NCBI RefSeq assembly: GCF_034434295.1
Contig: NZ_DAOTZQ010000001.1
Coordinates: 31,903-95,902, forward strand
Direction of reading: 5' to 3'
Length of the DNA stretch: 64,000 bases
Source of the DNA: Chloroflexus sp.
Lineage (GTDB): Bacteria; Chloroflexota; Chloroflexia; Chloroflexales; Chloroflexaceae
Below are positions 7,544 through 16,724 of this stretch, piece by piece. Under the pieces are notes generated by a model that saw only the letters and a program-made list of their open reading frames with translations, was not told where the DNA came from and did not search any database. Position 1 is the stretch's first letter. Each line of letters starts with the position of its first letter. A program made the position numbers and the translations under genes.

Positions 7544-7969
7544 TCAACTCCCGCTCAGCTCCTTCTGCAATGCTGCGATCCCTGCCTCAATCCGTTGAAA
7601 AGCCGGCTCAGGCTCCAACACGTCGGTATCAGGTACCTGCCAGTAGGCAATTCGATCAGCCCATGCCGGAAAACGCTGCTGCATCAAAGGCCGATGTTCA
7701 GCTTCGTTCAGTGCAATCACCAGCGTTGCCTGCGTCAGATCGGCCTCGCTCAGCGTTCGTGGCAAAGGCAGTTCATCCGACGTCGTAAATCCGCACTGTT
7801 GTAGCCGCTCAAGCACCGGAGGCCAGATCGGCCCGCGATTGCGTGGCGAGAGTGCCAGGCCGCGTGACCTAGCCTGCCAGCCTTCAACCTGCATGGCATT
7901 GAAGAGCAGCTCAGCATAGCGACTACGATAGTAGTTTCCGGTGCAGACGAAGAGCACAGTCCTCTTCAC
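7544..7969 (-). CDS. low-molecular-weight protein-tyrosine phosphatase / ArsC-like phosphatase
   Basis: N-terminal P-loop VLFVCTGNYYRSRYAE (CX5R-S) and a distal Asp-containing VPDTD; 141 aa. Confidence 0.8.
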   Translation of the reverse strand: MKRTVLFVCTGNYYRSRYAELLFNAMQVEGWQARSRGLALSPRNRGPIWPPVLERLQQCGFTTSDELPLPRTLSEADLTQATLVIALNEAEHRPLMQQRFPAWADRIAYWQVPDTDVLEPEPAFQRIEAGIAALQKELSGS

Positions 7970-9066
7970 CTCGCCACCTCCAATGCATATCGCACATCGG
8001 CATGCTCACACGGTGGCCCGTCAGTTGCATACAACACACCGGCAGTCACGTCCATAATCACCGAGGCGACCGTTTCATAATACTCATCAGGTGGATCGGT
8101 AGGATCAATATGAAAACAGACCGAATAGGGGAAATGATCGTGATCACGCAAGGCCGCCTGCACCTGTGCCAGCGATTGTGGACGAGTAGCCAGCAGCGTG
8201 CGTAATCGCTCTTGCCGCCAATATGAATGAGGATAACGCTCAATCTGCCGCTCCACAATACCGAGCGCTGCCGGATCGGTAAAATGGTTGGCGTGAACCA
8301 GACAACCGTTGGTGCAGCCACTGATCGCCAGCGCCGCCGGTGCTGCTTCAATATTGACTACCCGATCAGGTACCTGTGCCAGCAGAAAATTGGCTGAACC
8401 GGCCCGTTCTTCGCTCGTGATCACCGCCTGCGCTTCGGTCAGTGTGCGTGCCTGCAATATCTCATAACAACGCACATGAAATGGTCGGCGCAGACTGGCC
8501 CAATCATCACCCGTACTACTCAAGCCATTGATTAACAGGGCCAGACCGTCAGCATTCAAGCCAATCTTCCCCCCAAAAATACCGGCCTCGGTGAAAGCCA
8601 GCGTGCGATGCCCATCTGGTGCAATCGTGCGCAGAATCGCCCCCCGCACCCCCTGAATCCAATCCCAGTTTTCGCCCACCAGCAAATGACCGTTATCTGT
8701 TTCTGACGGCAACAACGCAAAAGCGGTACAACCATCAGGCTTACCGGTACCCCGCTCATACTCGCGAAAGAACTGATAAAACAGCTCATAACGCACATTC
8801 AACGCCGCAATCGCTGCCAGATCAACGCCTGCCCCCTCGGCAATGCCGCGCATACCGGCTGCATAATCCTGATTTTGTTCAGCGATCACAGCCGCATAAC
8901 GCAGCGCCCGCTGCCAGACCTCGTCCTGTGGTATCCGCAACTCACGCTCGAATCGCGTCATATAGATGCGAAGGTTGGCAGCAATCGCCTCGCGCAACGC
9001 ACGGCCATGCTGCCAACCCTGAGCATAGGCATCACCACTCAATTCAACTAACGGCAACCCGTTCAC
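7966..9066 (-). CDS. peptidase C45 family protein (acyl-CoA:6-aminopenicillanic acid acyltransferase-like, Ntn hydrolase)
   Basis: 366 aa with an internal GCTAFAL segment (the self-processing Cys nucleophile context of C45/AAT proteins) and a GENWDW motif. It overlaps both neighbours by 4 nt. Confidence 0.7.
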   Translation of the reverse strand: MNGLPLVELSGDAYAQGWQHGRALREAIAANLRIYMTRFERELRIPQDEVWQRALRYAAVIAEQNQDYAAGMRGIAEGAGVDLAAIAALNVRYELFYQFFREYERGTGKPDGCTAFALLPSETDNGHLLVGENWDWIQGVRGAILRTIAPDGHRTLAFTEAGIFGGKIGLNADGLALLINGLSSTGDDWASLRRPFHVRCYEILQARTLTEAQAVITSEERAGSANFLLAQVPDRVVNIEAAPAALAISGCTNGCLVHANHFTDPAALGIVERQIERYPHSYWRQERLRTLLATRPQSLAQVQAALRDHDHFPYSVCFHIDPTDPPDEYYETVASVIMDVTAGVLYATDGPPCEHADVRYALEVAR

Positions 9067-10034
9067 GTCACCTCCTCATTCTGCGCACAGCGGTGGAGAA
9101 CAATCCACACCGGCCCACGCCGAAAACCTAACCGTTCATTGATATGCCACATCGCCAGATTCGTACTATCGTTATCGGTACGAATCCCACTCAACCCCTT
9201 CGCCCCGGCATACGCAATTGTACAGAGCTTCAGCGCCAGTGCAATACCCCGTCCACGATAATCACGCCGCACCGCCGTAAACCCAACCTCAACATCAGTA
9301 CTATCATCAATGGTTTCTAACGTACTGATCCCCACGATCTGCCCCTCGTGCACCGCAGCAAAGCTGCCCTCCCACAGCGCACCGTGGTCAGGCTGATAGA
9401 GCTTGATCCACTGATCGTAGGTCGGCATCGTGACCGGAAATGGCGACGGTACATCACAGGTTGTTTGTCGTTCAAATTCGTACAACTGCTGCCAGAACCC
9501 CTTATCGGCTGTTGCCAGCGCCGCAAAGCTGATCAGCTCAATCTGCTGCGCCGTCACCCGCTCAATCGAACCGCTGAAAGGTGTCGGATCAAAGGTTGCC
9601 AGATCGAGCCGGGAAACCCAAACCCGCCGACTCTCGTGGAACTGCCGCCGACCAGCAAACATCAACCCGGCCTGCCAGTCCTCACGCACCTTGAGCCAGA
9701 TATGGTGCGGTTGTAGCGGCTGCCAGGCCATCTGAAGATGCTGCCAGAGTGCCCGGCCCAAACCTCGCCCCTGAAAGGCCGGATGCACAACGATCTGCAT
9801 CTCCAGATGGGTGGGATTGGCACACCATATCGGCTGATAATATTCGGCATACCCACCGGCCCTACCATCCAGCTCGCCAATCCATCGGCAGAGTGGCAAA
9901 TTCGGATTGTGAATTTCATCACGAATACGCCATTCTATCGCCGATAGCGGTGCATCTGGAGCCAGCGCATTATAGACATTGGCCATCACGCGATAATCTG
10001 CATCCTGGTGTTGGAAAGGTCGTATATGGATCAT
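9063..10034 (-). CDS. GNAT-family N-acetyltransferase with two GNAT domains
   Basis: Two acetyl-CoA-binding motifs, VHPAFQGRGLGRALW and VRRDYRGRGIALALK; 323 aa. Confidence 0.8.
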   Translation of the reverse strand: MIHIRPFQHQDADYRVMANVYNALAPDAPLSAIEWRIRDEIHNPNLPLCRWIGELDGRAGGYAEYYQPIWCANPTHLEMQIVVHPAFQGRGLGRALWQHLQMAWQPLQPHHIWLKVREDWQAGLMFAGRRQFHESRRVWVSRLDLATFDPTPFSGSIERVTAQQIELISFAALATADKGFWQQLYEFERQTTCDVPSPFPVTMPTYDQWIKLYQPDHGALWEGSFAAVHEGQIVGISTLETIDDSTDVEVGFTAVRRDYRGRGIALALKLCTIAYAGAKGLSGIRTDNDSTNLAMWHINERLGFRRGPVWIVLHRCAQNEEVT

Positions 10035-11017
10035 ACACTATCCAGGTCCTTCACAAATTCAACCCAGGCCGGTTGTTTAACAAACCCCAGCACATCATTA
10101 ATCTGCAACATCGACCGATTGGTCGTTGCATTATAGGTACGCACTTCGCGATAGCCTGCAGCCTGCGCACGGGTCAGCGCGTGTACCTTAAGCGCCATTG
10201 CCAGACCACGCTTACGATACGCTCGTCGTGTCGCCGTCAGACCAGTCATCAACACATCCGGCTCAGCCGATTTCCAGAGTTGACTGAGCGCAGCAATCTC
10301 TTCCCCGTCCAGCGCCAGAAAATATCCTTCCGGGTAGAGCGTTGGGTCGTTGAACAGAGACTGTTCCCACGAAGCAAAATCGGGCGGCGTAAACGGTTCC
10401 GGCTGCGGCACATCTGCCCGCATCTCCATCGTGGCACGGTACAGGCGCTGGCGAGCATCCGGTAATCGTGTCAGCAATTCACGCAAATTGCAGATCGTGA
10501 AACCCTGGGCCACGACACGATCAATGGCAGCGCGAAACGGCGCCGGATCGAAGGTGTGCAGATCAAGTCGCGACTCCCAGGTCCGCATCTCTTCCCGAAA
10601 ACCACGTCGGGCAAGAAACTGCATCCCGCGTTCCTGATCCTCACGGCAATTCGCCCGCACCTGTAACGGATGATGGCGACTCTGCAAATCACCCATCAAT
10701 ACGTCGTAGCAATAACGACCAATACCCTGGCCCTGCCACGTCGGAAGAACGGCAATACTGACAAAGAACTTGCGTGGGTGATACATCCATTGTGGCTGAA
10801 AATACTCGGCGACCCCTACCACCTCCCCGTGCACCTCAGCAAACCATCGCTCCTGAATACAGTGAGCTGGTCGCCTGGCATCCCAGTGTTGAACCTGTTC
10901 AACCATTTCAAGATTATCGGGAAATACAGCATTGCCAATTGCAACCAACAGAGCATAATCTGCCGCCGACCCATCAAATGGTCGTAATCGGACATCCTGA
11001 TCAACATTGATCGCCAT
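10031..11017 (-). CDS. GNAT-family N-acetyltransferase with two GNAT domains (tandem paralogue)
   Basis: Motifs VLPTWQGQGIGRYCY and TRRAYRKRGLAMALK. I place the start at ATG 11017 (MAINVDQD...), preceded by AGGAGAGG. The ORF-track start at 11089 adds 24 unlikely residues. Confidence 0.8.
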   Translation of the reverse strand: MAINVDQDVRLRPFDGSAADYALLVAIGNAVFPDNLEMVEQVQHWDARRPAHCIQERWFAEVHGEVVGVAEYFQPQWMYHPRKFFVSIAVLPTWQGQGIGRYCYDVLMGDLQSRHHPLQVRANCREDQERGMQFLARRGFREEMRTWESRLDLHTFDPAPFRAAIDRVVAQGFTICNLRELLTRLPDARQRLYRATMEMRADVPQPEPFTPPDFASWEQSLFNDPTLYPEGYFLALDGEEIAALSQLWKSAEPDVLMTGLTATRRAYRKRGLAMALKVHALTRAQAAGYREVRTYNATTNRSMLQINDVLGFVKQPAWVEFVKDLDSV

Positions 11018-11354
11018 AACCTCTCCTTGAACGCACCGTAGCAGGATTCCAGGTGGTGAAACTGTGCTCTGTGGTAACCACCACCTCACGGGCTACCCCG
11101 GTGATAAAACGATCCCGGCCTGTATTGTACGCTGCGCACCTGCTGCTGCCATCAGTCCATCGGCTCAATATATCGCGCCATCGTGGTGCAGCGAAGGCCA
11201 GAACCTGCAATCAACGCATATATCAAATCTGGTGTTAGAGAATTCATGACGCGTACTCCGCCGATCACCACGCCACCACACCTGAGCACAGATGCGCCGA
11301 ACAGCGTTATCGCTCTGCACGCAGCAGGATCGTGTTTCAGAGCAGATACCGTTA

Positions 11355-11555
11355 CCAGACCGATTGCCCTTTCCGCGTCGTGTGGCGTGCGGTAGCCATG
11401 CTGCCGCGCCAGCCGTGCTCACGATCAGGTGCAAATCGTAGCGGTTTCCTGGCCAACCATGAAGACGGCATCCATGCCGGAACGCCTGTCTGGTTTAACC
11501 ATTCCGTGCTGATCTGCCTGCCCGCAAACGATGGCGAGAATTAGAGAGCAGGTGT
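11355..11555 (+). repeat. copy C (short, divergent) of the conserved structured element
   Basis: Hairpin GCGGUAGC-CAU-GCUGCCGC (11389-11407), CAGCCGTGCTCACGATC (11410-11426) and hairpin 2 UCAGG/CCUGG (11425-11452). The tail ..GAGAGCAGGTGT resembles the tail of copy B. Confidence 0.6.
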
Positions 11556-11610
11556 CCAGTATGGCACGCCACCTACCATCACCCTCACCCAACGATTGTA
11601 AGCGCCCCTG

Positions 11611-11802
11611 CTGCGAGCACACGCCTCCGCCTCGCTCCCCACTGGACAATTTACCGAGCCTGCCGCCAGCGGAGTATCCCTCCCCTGAACCCGCTCGCGA
11701 CAGCGGGCACCCTCTGTCACCGAGGTTCCCGCCCCCGCTGGAGGCGGGGCAGGGTGGGGGCAATACCCTGCGAGCGCACGCCTCTGTCTCACTCCCCACC
11801 GG
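11611..11802. repeat. GC-rich repeat block: two 35-nt imperfect direct repeats flanking hairpin-forming sequence
   Basis: 11611-11645 ctgcgagcacacgcctccgcctcgctccccactgg versus 11768-11802 ctgcgagcgcacgcctctgtctcactccccaccgg, 30/35 identical. Between them lie inverted repeats CCCGCT-cgcgac-AGCGGG and CCCGCC...GGCGGG. Confidence 0.8.
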
Positions 11803-11933
11803 CACCAGTCTGCGCTAGCGAGCACCATCCGGCACCGGCAGTTCTCGCCCCCAGCGGCTATGCATTACCCATACCTGGTGTCAACCACGTGCGTATCAGC
11901 GGGTATGATCGCTATGGGTGCTGTCTTGCTGGA

Positions 11934-12276
11934 TGGATTGCCGTACCCGCTCGTTATGTGCGTGTCGCACGGTGTGGAGTGCGGCAGCCATACTGCCGCT
12001 CCAGCCGTGCTCACGATCCGGCGCGTGGCATACCGTTCCCCATCCTGATCACGGGGGTGCTGAATGTGCTCGTGCCGATCATCACGTCGGTCAGGCATGC
12101 ATGCGATCCCTGCGTGTAGACGGTTATGTTGCAATAAGTTCGTGTCTGCACACCAGCGGTCATGGTCAGCACCTGCCGGCGGTGGCGATGATGCCTCCAC
12201 GCGGGCTGGAAGCCCGCGCCACGGGGAGCACTTGCAGCCCGGCCTCACGCAGCGTGACATGTGGGTAATGCGTAGC
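11934..12276 (+). repeat. copy D (long form) of the conserved structured element
   Basis: Collinear with copy A from TGGATTG.. to ..GGGTAATGCGTAGC. Hairpin 1 at 11981-11999, core at 12002-12019, hairpin 2 at 12015-12050. It differs from A by indels only. Confidence 0.75.
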
Positions 12277-12604
12277 TCGGCGGAAGCGGGTCAAGGTAGG
12301 GGCATCTCCCAGCGCACTGCACGACGCAGCACTACCGTCACCCGCTCATCACCCATCACGCGGACGAACGACACGTGCACCAGTTTGTGCACCGCAAAGA
12401 TACTACCAGTGGCTCACCAGTGGCACGTCTGACAATGCTCCAGTACGGTTCTAAAAACCTGTACGATGGACAGTCTCGGTCAAGAGTTGATACAACAAGC
12501 GCCCACACAAGCTTGCGTGAAACAACATTCACATCAACTCAAGTACAATGAGTGTGGAATCTATCGTTGGTAGCAACAGATCGCTACATACGAAGGAGAG
12601 CTGA

Positions 12605-13288
12605 ATGCCGATCCATGCCCTCATCTTCGACTTCGATGGTCTGATGGTCGATACTGAGACACCCGCCTTGCAAAGCTGGCAAGAGATCTATGCCGAATAC
12701 GGCGTTACCCTAAGCGTCCACGATTGGGCGATCACCCTCGGCGCAAATGCCGGGTTTGATGCTCATACCCATCTCGTCGCCTTACTTCAGCAACGCGATC
12801 CCCAGTTGGCCGAACAAGTTATCGCTGCACGAGATACAATCATCGCTCGCCGCCAGGCCCGTAAGGATGAACTAAGCGCCCCACAAACGCTTCTGCCCGG
12901 TGTTGCTGAGTTGCTAGCCGAAGCACACACAAAGGGCTTACCCTGTGCAGTTACCAGTAGCAGTAGCCAGCGCTGGGTTGAAGGCTGGCTTGAACGTCTC
13001 GGCACACGCCACTTCTTCGCAACAGTCGTCACGGCTGATGATGTAGCAGCAACGAAACCGGCACCCGATCTCTTCCTGGAAGCAGCCCGCCGCCTGGGTC
13101 TACCACCGGCAACCTGTCTGGTACTCGAAGACTCCCCTAACGGCATCCTGGCTGCCCGTGCAGCCGGCTGCCCGGTCGTTGCCATCCCCGGCGCGATCTC
13201 TGGGCAGGTTCCGCTACCGCCTGCTGATCTGACATTACCCAGCATGGCCCACACCACACTTGCCGACCTGCAAGCTATCTTTCGCTAG
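12605..13288 (+). CDS. HAD-superfamily hydrolase (subfamily IA, beta-phosphoglucomutase-like)
   Basis: Motif I IFDFDGLMVDTE, motif II VTSS, and distal K and EDS motifs. GAAGGAG RBS. Confidence 0.85.
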   Translation: MPIHALIFDFDGLMVDTETPALQSWQEIYAEYGVTLSVHDWAITLGANAGFDAHTHLVALLQQRDPQLAEQVIAARDTIIARRQARKDELSAPQTLLPGVAELLAEAHTKGLPCAVTSSSSQRWVEGWLERLGTRHFFATVVTADDVAATKPAPDLFLEAARRLGLPPATCLVLEDSPNGILAARAAGCPVVAIPGAISGQVPLPPADLTLPSMAHTTLADLQAIFR

Positions 13289-13455
13289 CGATGCCCGGAG
13301 CCCTTCTGCACATCCATGGCGCAATCACGCGCTATATTGGTTAGCTTTCACCGGCAAGGATTTACGTGTCGCATGGGGGCGAAAAGGTATGCCCTGGATC
13401 GCGTACCACGTAGTGGATTGTATCTTCGATAAACCCTTGCCGCTTGTGTGGTGAT

Positions 13456-13480
13456 AGGGGCGGGTTCAGAACCCGCCCCT
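13456..13480. other. perfect 11-bp inverted repeat (AGGGGCGGGTT-cag-AACCCGCCCCT)
   Basis: Read directly. There is no U-tract on either strand, so it is more likely a REP-like or protein-binding hairpin than an intrinsic terminator. Confidence 0.6.
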
Positions 13481-13771
13481 ACGTCGATGGACGTTGCCTG
13501 TTCCCGTATCAGATTGAACTCAAGTTGCCACATATGCTGTGAGCAGACCATGGAGGCTGACTTTCAGGACGAACTGCACGACGTTTCCCTCAATACCGTA
13601 TGGCGTACCGCATAACGATGTAGGGAGCAATCAGTTCCTAGAACATGCTACGTCACGTCTCACGGAAACAACCCGAGTTATCCACATCCTCTGTGCCCTC
13701 TGTGTCTCTGTGGTGACAAAGGTTGCAACTTGGGTTATCAGATTTAATACCCCCCCACATTGACAGGCACC

Positions 13772-13806
13772 AATAACAAAAGGACCGGTCATTGTCTGAC
13801 CGGCCC
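13772..13806 (-). terminator. rho-independent terminator of the act-sco-cta unit
   Basis: Minus-strand RNA GGGCCGGUCA-GACAA-UGACCGGUCC followed by UUUUGUUAUU, beginning 24 nt after the ctaF stop. Confidence 0.75.
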
Positions 13807-13829
13807 TCACCCACCACATCCGGGAAGCG

Positions 13830-14195
13830 TTACGGTAACGGCCCAGCTTGCGGTGGCCAGCCACGGGCAACGTAATCGCCCATAGTAATCACAAACAGAA
13901 TAATCAGCCAGACAAATGCACCGGCAGCGTAGACCTGAGAGATTCGGCTGCTGACCTTCACATGCATAAAGTACAGTACAATCAATACCGTCTTGGCAAT
14001 TGCAATGCTCATTGCAATTGTCACCGCCAGCCAGCCCGGAATATGGATCAGGTTCTTCTCCACCCACCAGGCAGCGACGGTCAGCACCATAAGCACCATC
14101 AGCGCTCCGAAAACCCGATAATAGGTCCCCCGCGAGATATGGGCATGCCCGGCGCCGTGGTGGTGAGCATGTTGATGTTCATGTCGCTCGGCCAT
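13830..14195 (-). CDS. ctaF: cytochrome c oxidase subunit IV (small prokaryotic subunit)
   Basis: 121 aa with a His-rich N-terminus then three hydrophobic helices, placed directly after subunit III as in caa3 operons. Confidence 0.7.
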   Translation of the reverse strand: MAERHEHQHAHHHGAGHAHISRGTYYRVFGALMVLMVLTVAAWWVEKNLIHIPGWLAVTIAMSIAIAKTVLIVLYFMHVKVSSRISQVYAAGAFVWLIILFVITMGDYVARGWPPQAGPLP

Positions 14196-14204
14196 CGCGC
14201 CCTC

Positions 14205-14981
14205 CTAAACCAGATAGAAGAGTGGGAAGAGAAATACCCAGATAATGTCAATCAGGTGCCAGTAGAGACCACCAATCTCAACCGGCGTAAAGTAGGTCGG
14301 CGAGAACCGATCCCGGAGTGCCATTGTCGTGATCGTCCCCATTACGCTCAGACCGATGAGCATGTGGATAGCATGCAGACCGGTTGCACAGAAATAGAGA
14401 AAGAAGAACAGTTGATGACCGGATTGCAACAGACCGGTGGTCGTTCCATGGCCAGTATTTGCCGCGCCATGTTCGGCAGGAAACGAGAAGCCACGTCCTG
14501 GCACCAGACATTCATGGCTCTCGCGCAAATCAGTGCCGGTAATCCAACTGATCGGGTCTTTCGCACCGGCACAGTGGGCAAACTTCTCGCTATACTCATA
14601 GCCCTTAATGACCAGGAAGGTCACTCCAAGCAGCATCGTCAAGACCAGCATGGTCAATAACCGACGCTTGTTACCCTCTTCGGCAGCATTGACTGCCAGC
14701 GCTACAGTTAACGAGCTGACCAGCAGCACAACGGTATTTACGGTGGCCAGCGGTGTATTCAGCAGCGCCGCCGACTCTTTCCAGGCTTCGGGAAAAGCCC
14801 ATCGGTAGGCAATGTAGGCCATGAAGATACCACCGAAGAGCATAATCTCGGTGACCAGGAAGGCCCACATGCCTAGTGTTGCAGCCTCTTTCTGCTGTTC
14901 CGGCGTCTCGAACTGATGTTGCAGTTCAGGGCCGTGCGTATGGGCGTGTGCCTCTTCGTGAGTGTGAGTGATCGTTGCCAA
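14205..14981 (-). CDS. ctaE: cytochrome c oxidase subunit III
   Basis: 258 aa polytopic protein with conserved segments such as GMWAFLVTEIMLFGG and GLYWHLIDIIWVFLFPLFYL. Confidence 0.9.
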   Translation of the reverse strand: MATITHTHEEAHAHTHGPELQHQFETPEQQKEAATLGMWAFLVTEIMLFGGIFMAYIAYRWAFPEAWKESAALLNTPLATVNTVVLLVSSLTVALAVNAAEEGNKRRLLTMLVLTMLLGVTFLVIKGYEYSEKFAHCAGAKDPISWITGTDLRESHECLVPGRGFSFPAEHGAANTGHGTTTGLLQSGHQLFFFLYFCATGLHAIHMLIGLSVMGTITTMALRDRFSPTYFTPVEIGGLYWHLIDIIWVFLFPLFYLV

Positions 14982-15062
14982 CGCTCTCTCCTCTACTTTT
15001 ACCTATCAACGCCACTACCGACAATCCCGTATCTGGTATTCGGGCTACCAGCACCCTCAACC

Positions 15063-16721
15063 TTATAGAGGTGAACCCGGTCGCCAGGACGCTGCATCAC
15101 GCTCGGCAGCTTCCGGCGGATACGCATACGCCTCTTCGGTCACAATCGGCGTCTTGTCAAAGTTATAGGTGGGTGGCGGCGACGATGTCTTCCATTCCAG
15201 ACCGGTCGCACCCCACGGGTTGTCACCGGCAATCTGCCCCTTCCACAGCGAGATACCAAGATAGATAAGCGGCACGATAAAGCCAATCGCCAGAATACTG
15301 GCACCAGCCGTGCTCATCACGTGCAAAATCTGGAACTCCGGCGGATAGACGTGATAGCGTCGTGGCATACCCAGGTAGCCGAGAATAAACTGGGGGAAGA
15401 AGGTCATATTAAAGCCAACGAAAATGATCATCGCCGCAATGATGCCCCAGGTTTCGTTGTACATACGACCGGTCATCTTCGGCCACCAGAAGTGAATGCC
15501 ACCCAGATAGGCCATAATCGTACCACCCACCATCACATAGTGAAAGTGAGCGACCACGAAGTAGGTATCGGTCACGTGCAGGTCAACCGCTACCACACCG
15601 AGGAAGATACCGGTCAGACCACCAATCACAAACAGACCGATAAAACCGAGCCCATACAGCATCGGCGTGCGATAGCTGATCGAACCTTTGTAGAGCGTTG
15701 TCGTCCAGTTGAAGACTTTAATCGCCGATGGGATTGCAACCAGCATAGTGATAAACGAGAAGATCAGACCCGCGTACACCGACTGGCTGCTCACGAACAT
15801 GTGGTGTCCCCAGACTAAAAAGCCCAGGATGGCGATGGCAATACTCGAAAAGGCAATGAACTCGTAGCCGAAGATGCGCTTGCGCGAGAAGGTGCTGATC
15901 AACTCGCTAATCACCCCCATTGCCGGCAAAATCATGATATAGACTGCCGGATGTGAGTAGAACCAGAAGAGGTGCTGGAAGAGGAGCGGATCACCACCTA
16001 GCGCCGGATCATAGATACCGACACGCCAAACTCGCTCGACGATCACCAGCAACAGCGCGATACCCAACACTGGTGTTGCCAGAACCTGAATGATACTGGT
16101 TGCGTAGTTCGCCCAGATGAAAAGTGGTAGCCGGAACCAGGTCAAACCAGGTGCCCGCATCTTATGGATGGTGACGATGAAATTGAGACCGGTCAGAATG
16201 GAGGAAAACCCCATAATAAACGCACCGGTAATCGTCATCGCCACGTTCGAGTTGGAATAGGTTGAGCTGAAAGGCGTGTAGAATGTCCAACCGGTGTCAA
16301 CGCCACCGAAAACGGCTGCGATCAGGGCGAAGATACCACCGATCATGTAGAGATACCAGCTCAACAGATTCAACCGTGGGAATGCCAGGTCACGGGCACC
16401 GATCATCAACGGCACCAGGAAATTACCCAGCACCGCCGGGATCGCCGGAATCAGGAAGAAGAAGACCATGATCACGCCGTGCAGCGTGAAAGCCCGGTTG
16501 TAGACATCCGACGACATCAGATCGCCCTGCGGGGTGATCAACTCAATCCGTACCACAGTAGCAGCCAGGCCACCGAGCAGGAAGAAGAAGTTAATCGACA
16601 ACAGATACAGGATTGCGATCCGCTTGTGATCAACCGTCAGTAACCATGACTTCAGCCAATCAATAAACGTTCGCGAACGATCATGGATATAGCTCGTCTG
16701 TGGAAGAGAAAGCGTACTCAT
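15063..16721 (-). CDS. ctaD: cytochrome c oxidase subunit I (heme-copper oxidase catalytic subunit)
   Basis: 552 aa with the unmistakable HCO subunit I sequence ([35 protein letters not shown]). Confidence 0.97.
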   Translation of the reverse strand: MSTLSLPQTSYIHDRSRTFIDWLKSWLLTVDHKRIAILYLLSINFFFLLGGLAATVVRIELITPQGDLMSSDVYNRAFTLHGVIMVFFFLIPAIPAVLGNFLVPLMIGARDLAFPRLNLLSWYLYMIGGIFALIAAVFGGVDTGWTFYTPFSSTYSNSNVAMTITGAFIMGFSSILTGLNFIVTIHKMRAPGLTWFRLPLFIWANYATSIIQVLATPVLGIALLLVIVERVWRVGIYDPALGGDPLLFQHLFWFYSHPAVYIMILPAMGVISELISTFSRKRIFGYEFIAFSSIAIAILGFLVWGHHMFVSSQSVYAGLIFSFITMLVAIPSAIKVFNWTTTLYKGSISYRTPMLYGLGFIGLFVIGGLTGIFLGVVAVDLHVTDTYFVVAHFHYVMVGGTIMAYLGGIHFWWPKMTGRMYNETWGIIAAMIIFVGFNMTFFPQFILGYLGMPRRYHVYPPEFQILHVMSTAGASILAIGFIVPLIYLGISLWKGQIAGDNPWGATGLEWKTSSPPPTYNFDKTPIVTEEAYAYPPEAAERDAASWRPGSPL

Positions 16722-16724
16722 AGG

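Noticed and set aside
7544-7969. Linking the LMW-PTP to the BY-kinase-like protein at 47994-49403 as a cognate kinase/phosphatase pair
   Set aside because: The two genes are 40 kb apart in different operons. The kinase-like protein lacks both the Walker A Lys and any C-terminal Tyr cluster, so there is no support for a functional pair.
11611-11802. Possible CRISPR array (35-nt direct repeats with a spacer of about 120 nt)
   Set aside because: There are only two copies and they are imperfect (30/35). The spacer length is far outside the CRISPR range and is itself repeat- and hairpin-rich. No cas genes are present.
13456-13480. tRNA T-arm-like GGGTTCAGAACCC
   Set aside because: It is a simple symmetric hairpin. 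No acceptor, D or anticodon arms can be drawn around it. I found no other tRNA-like sequence in the window.
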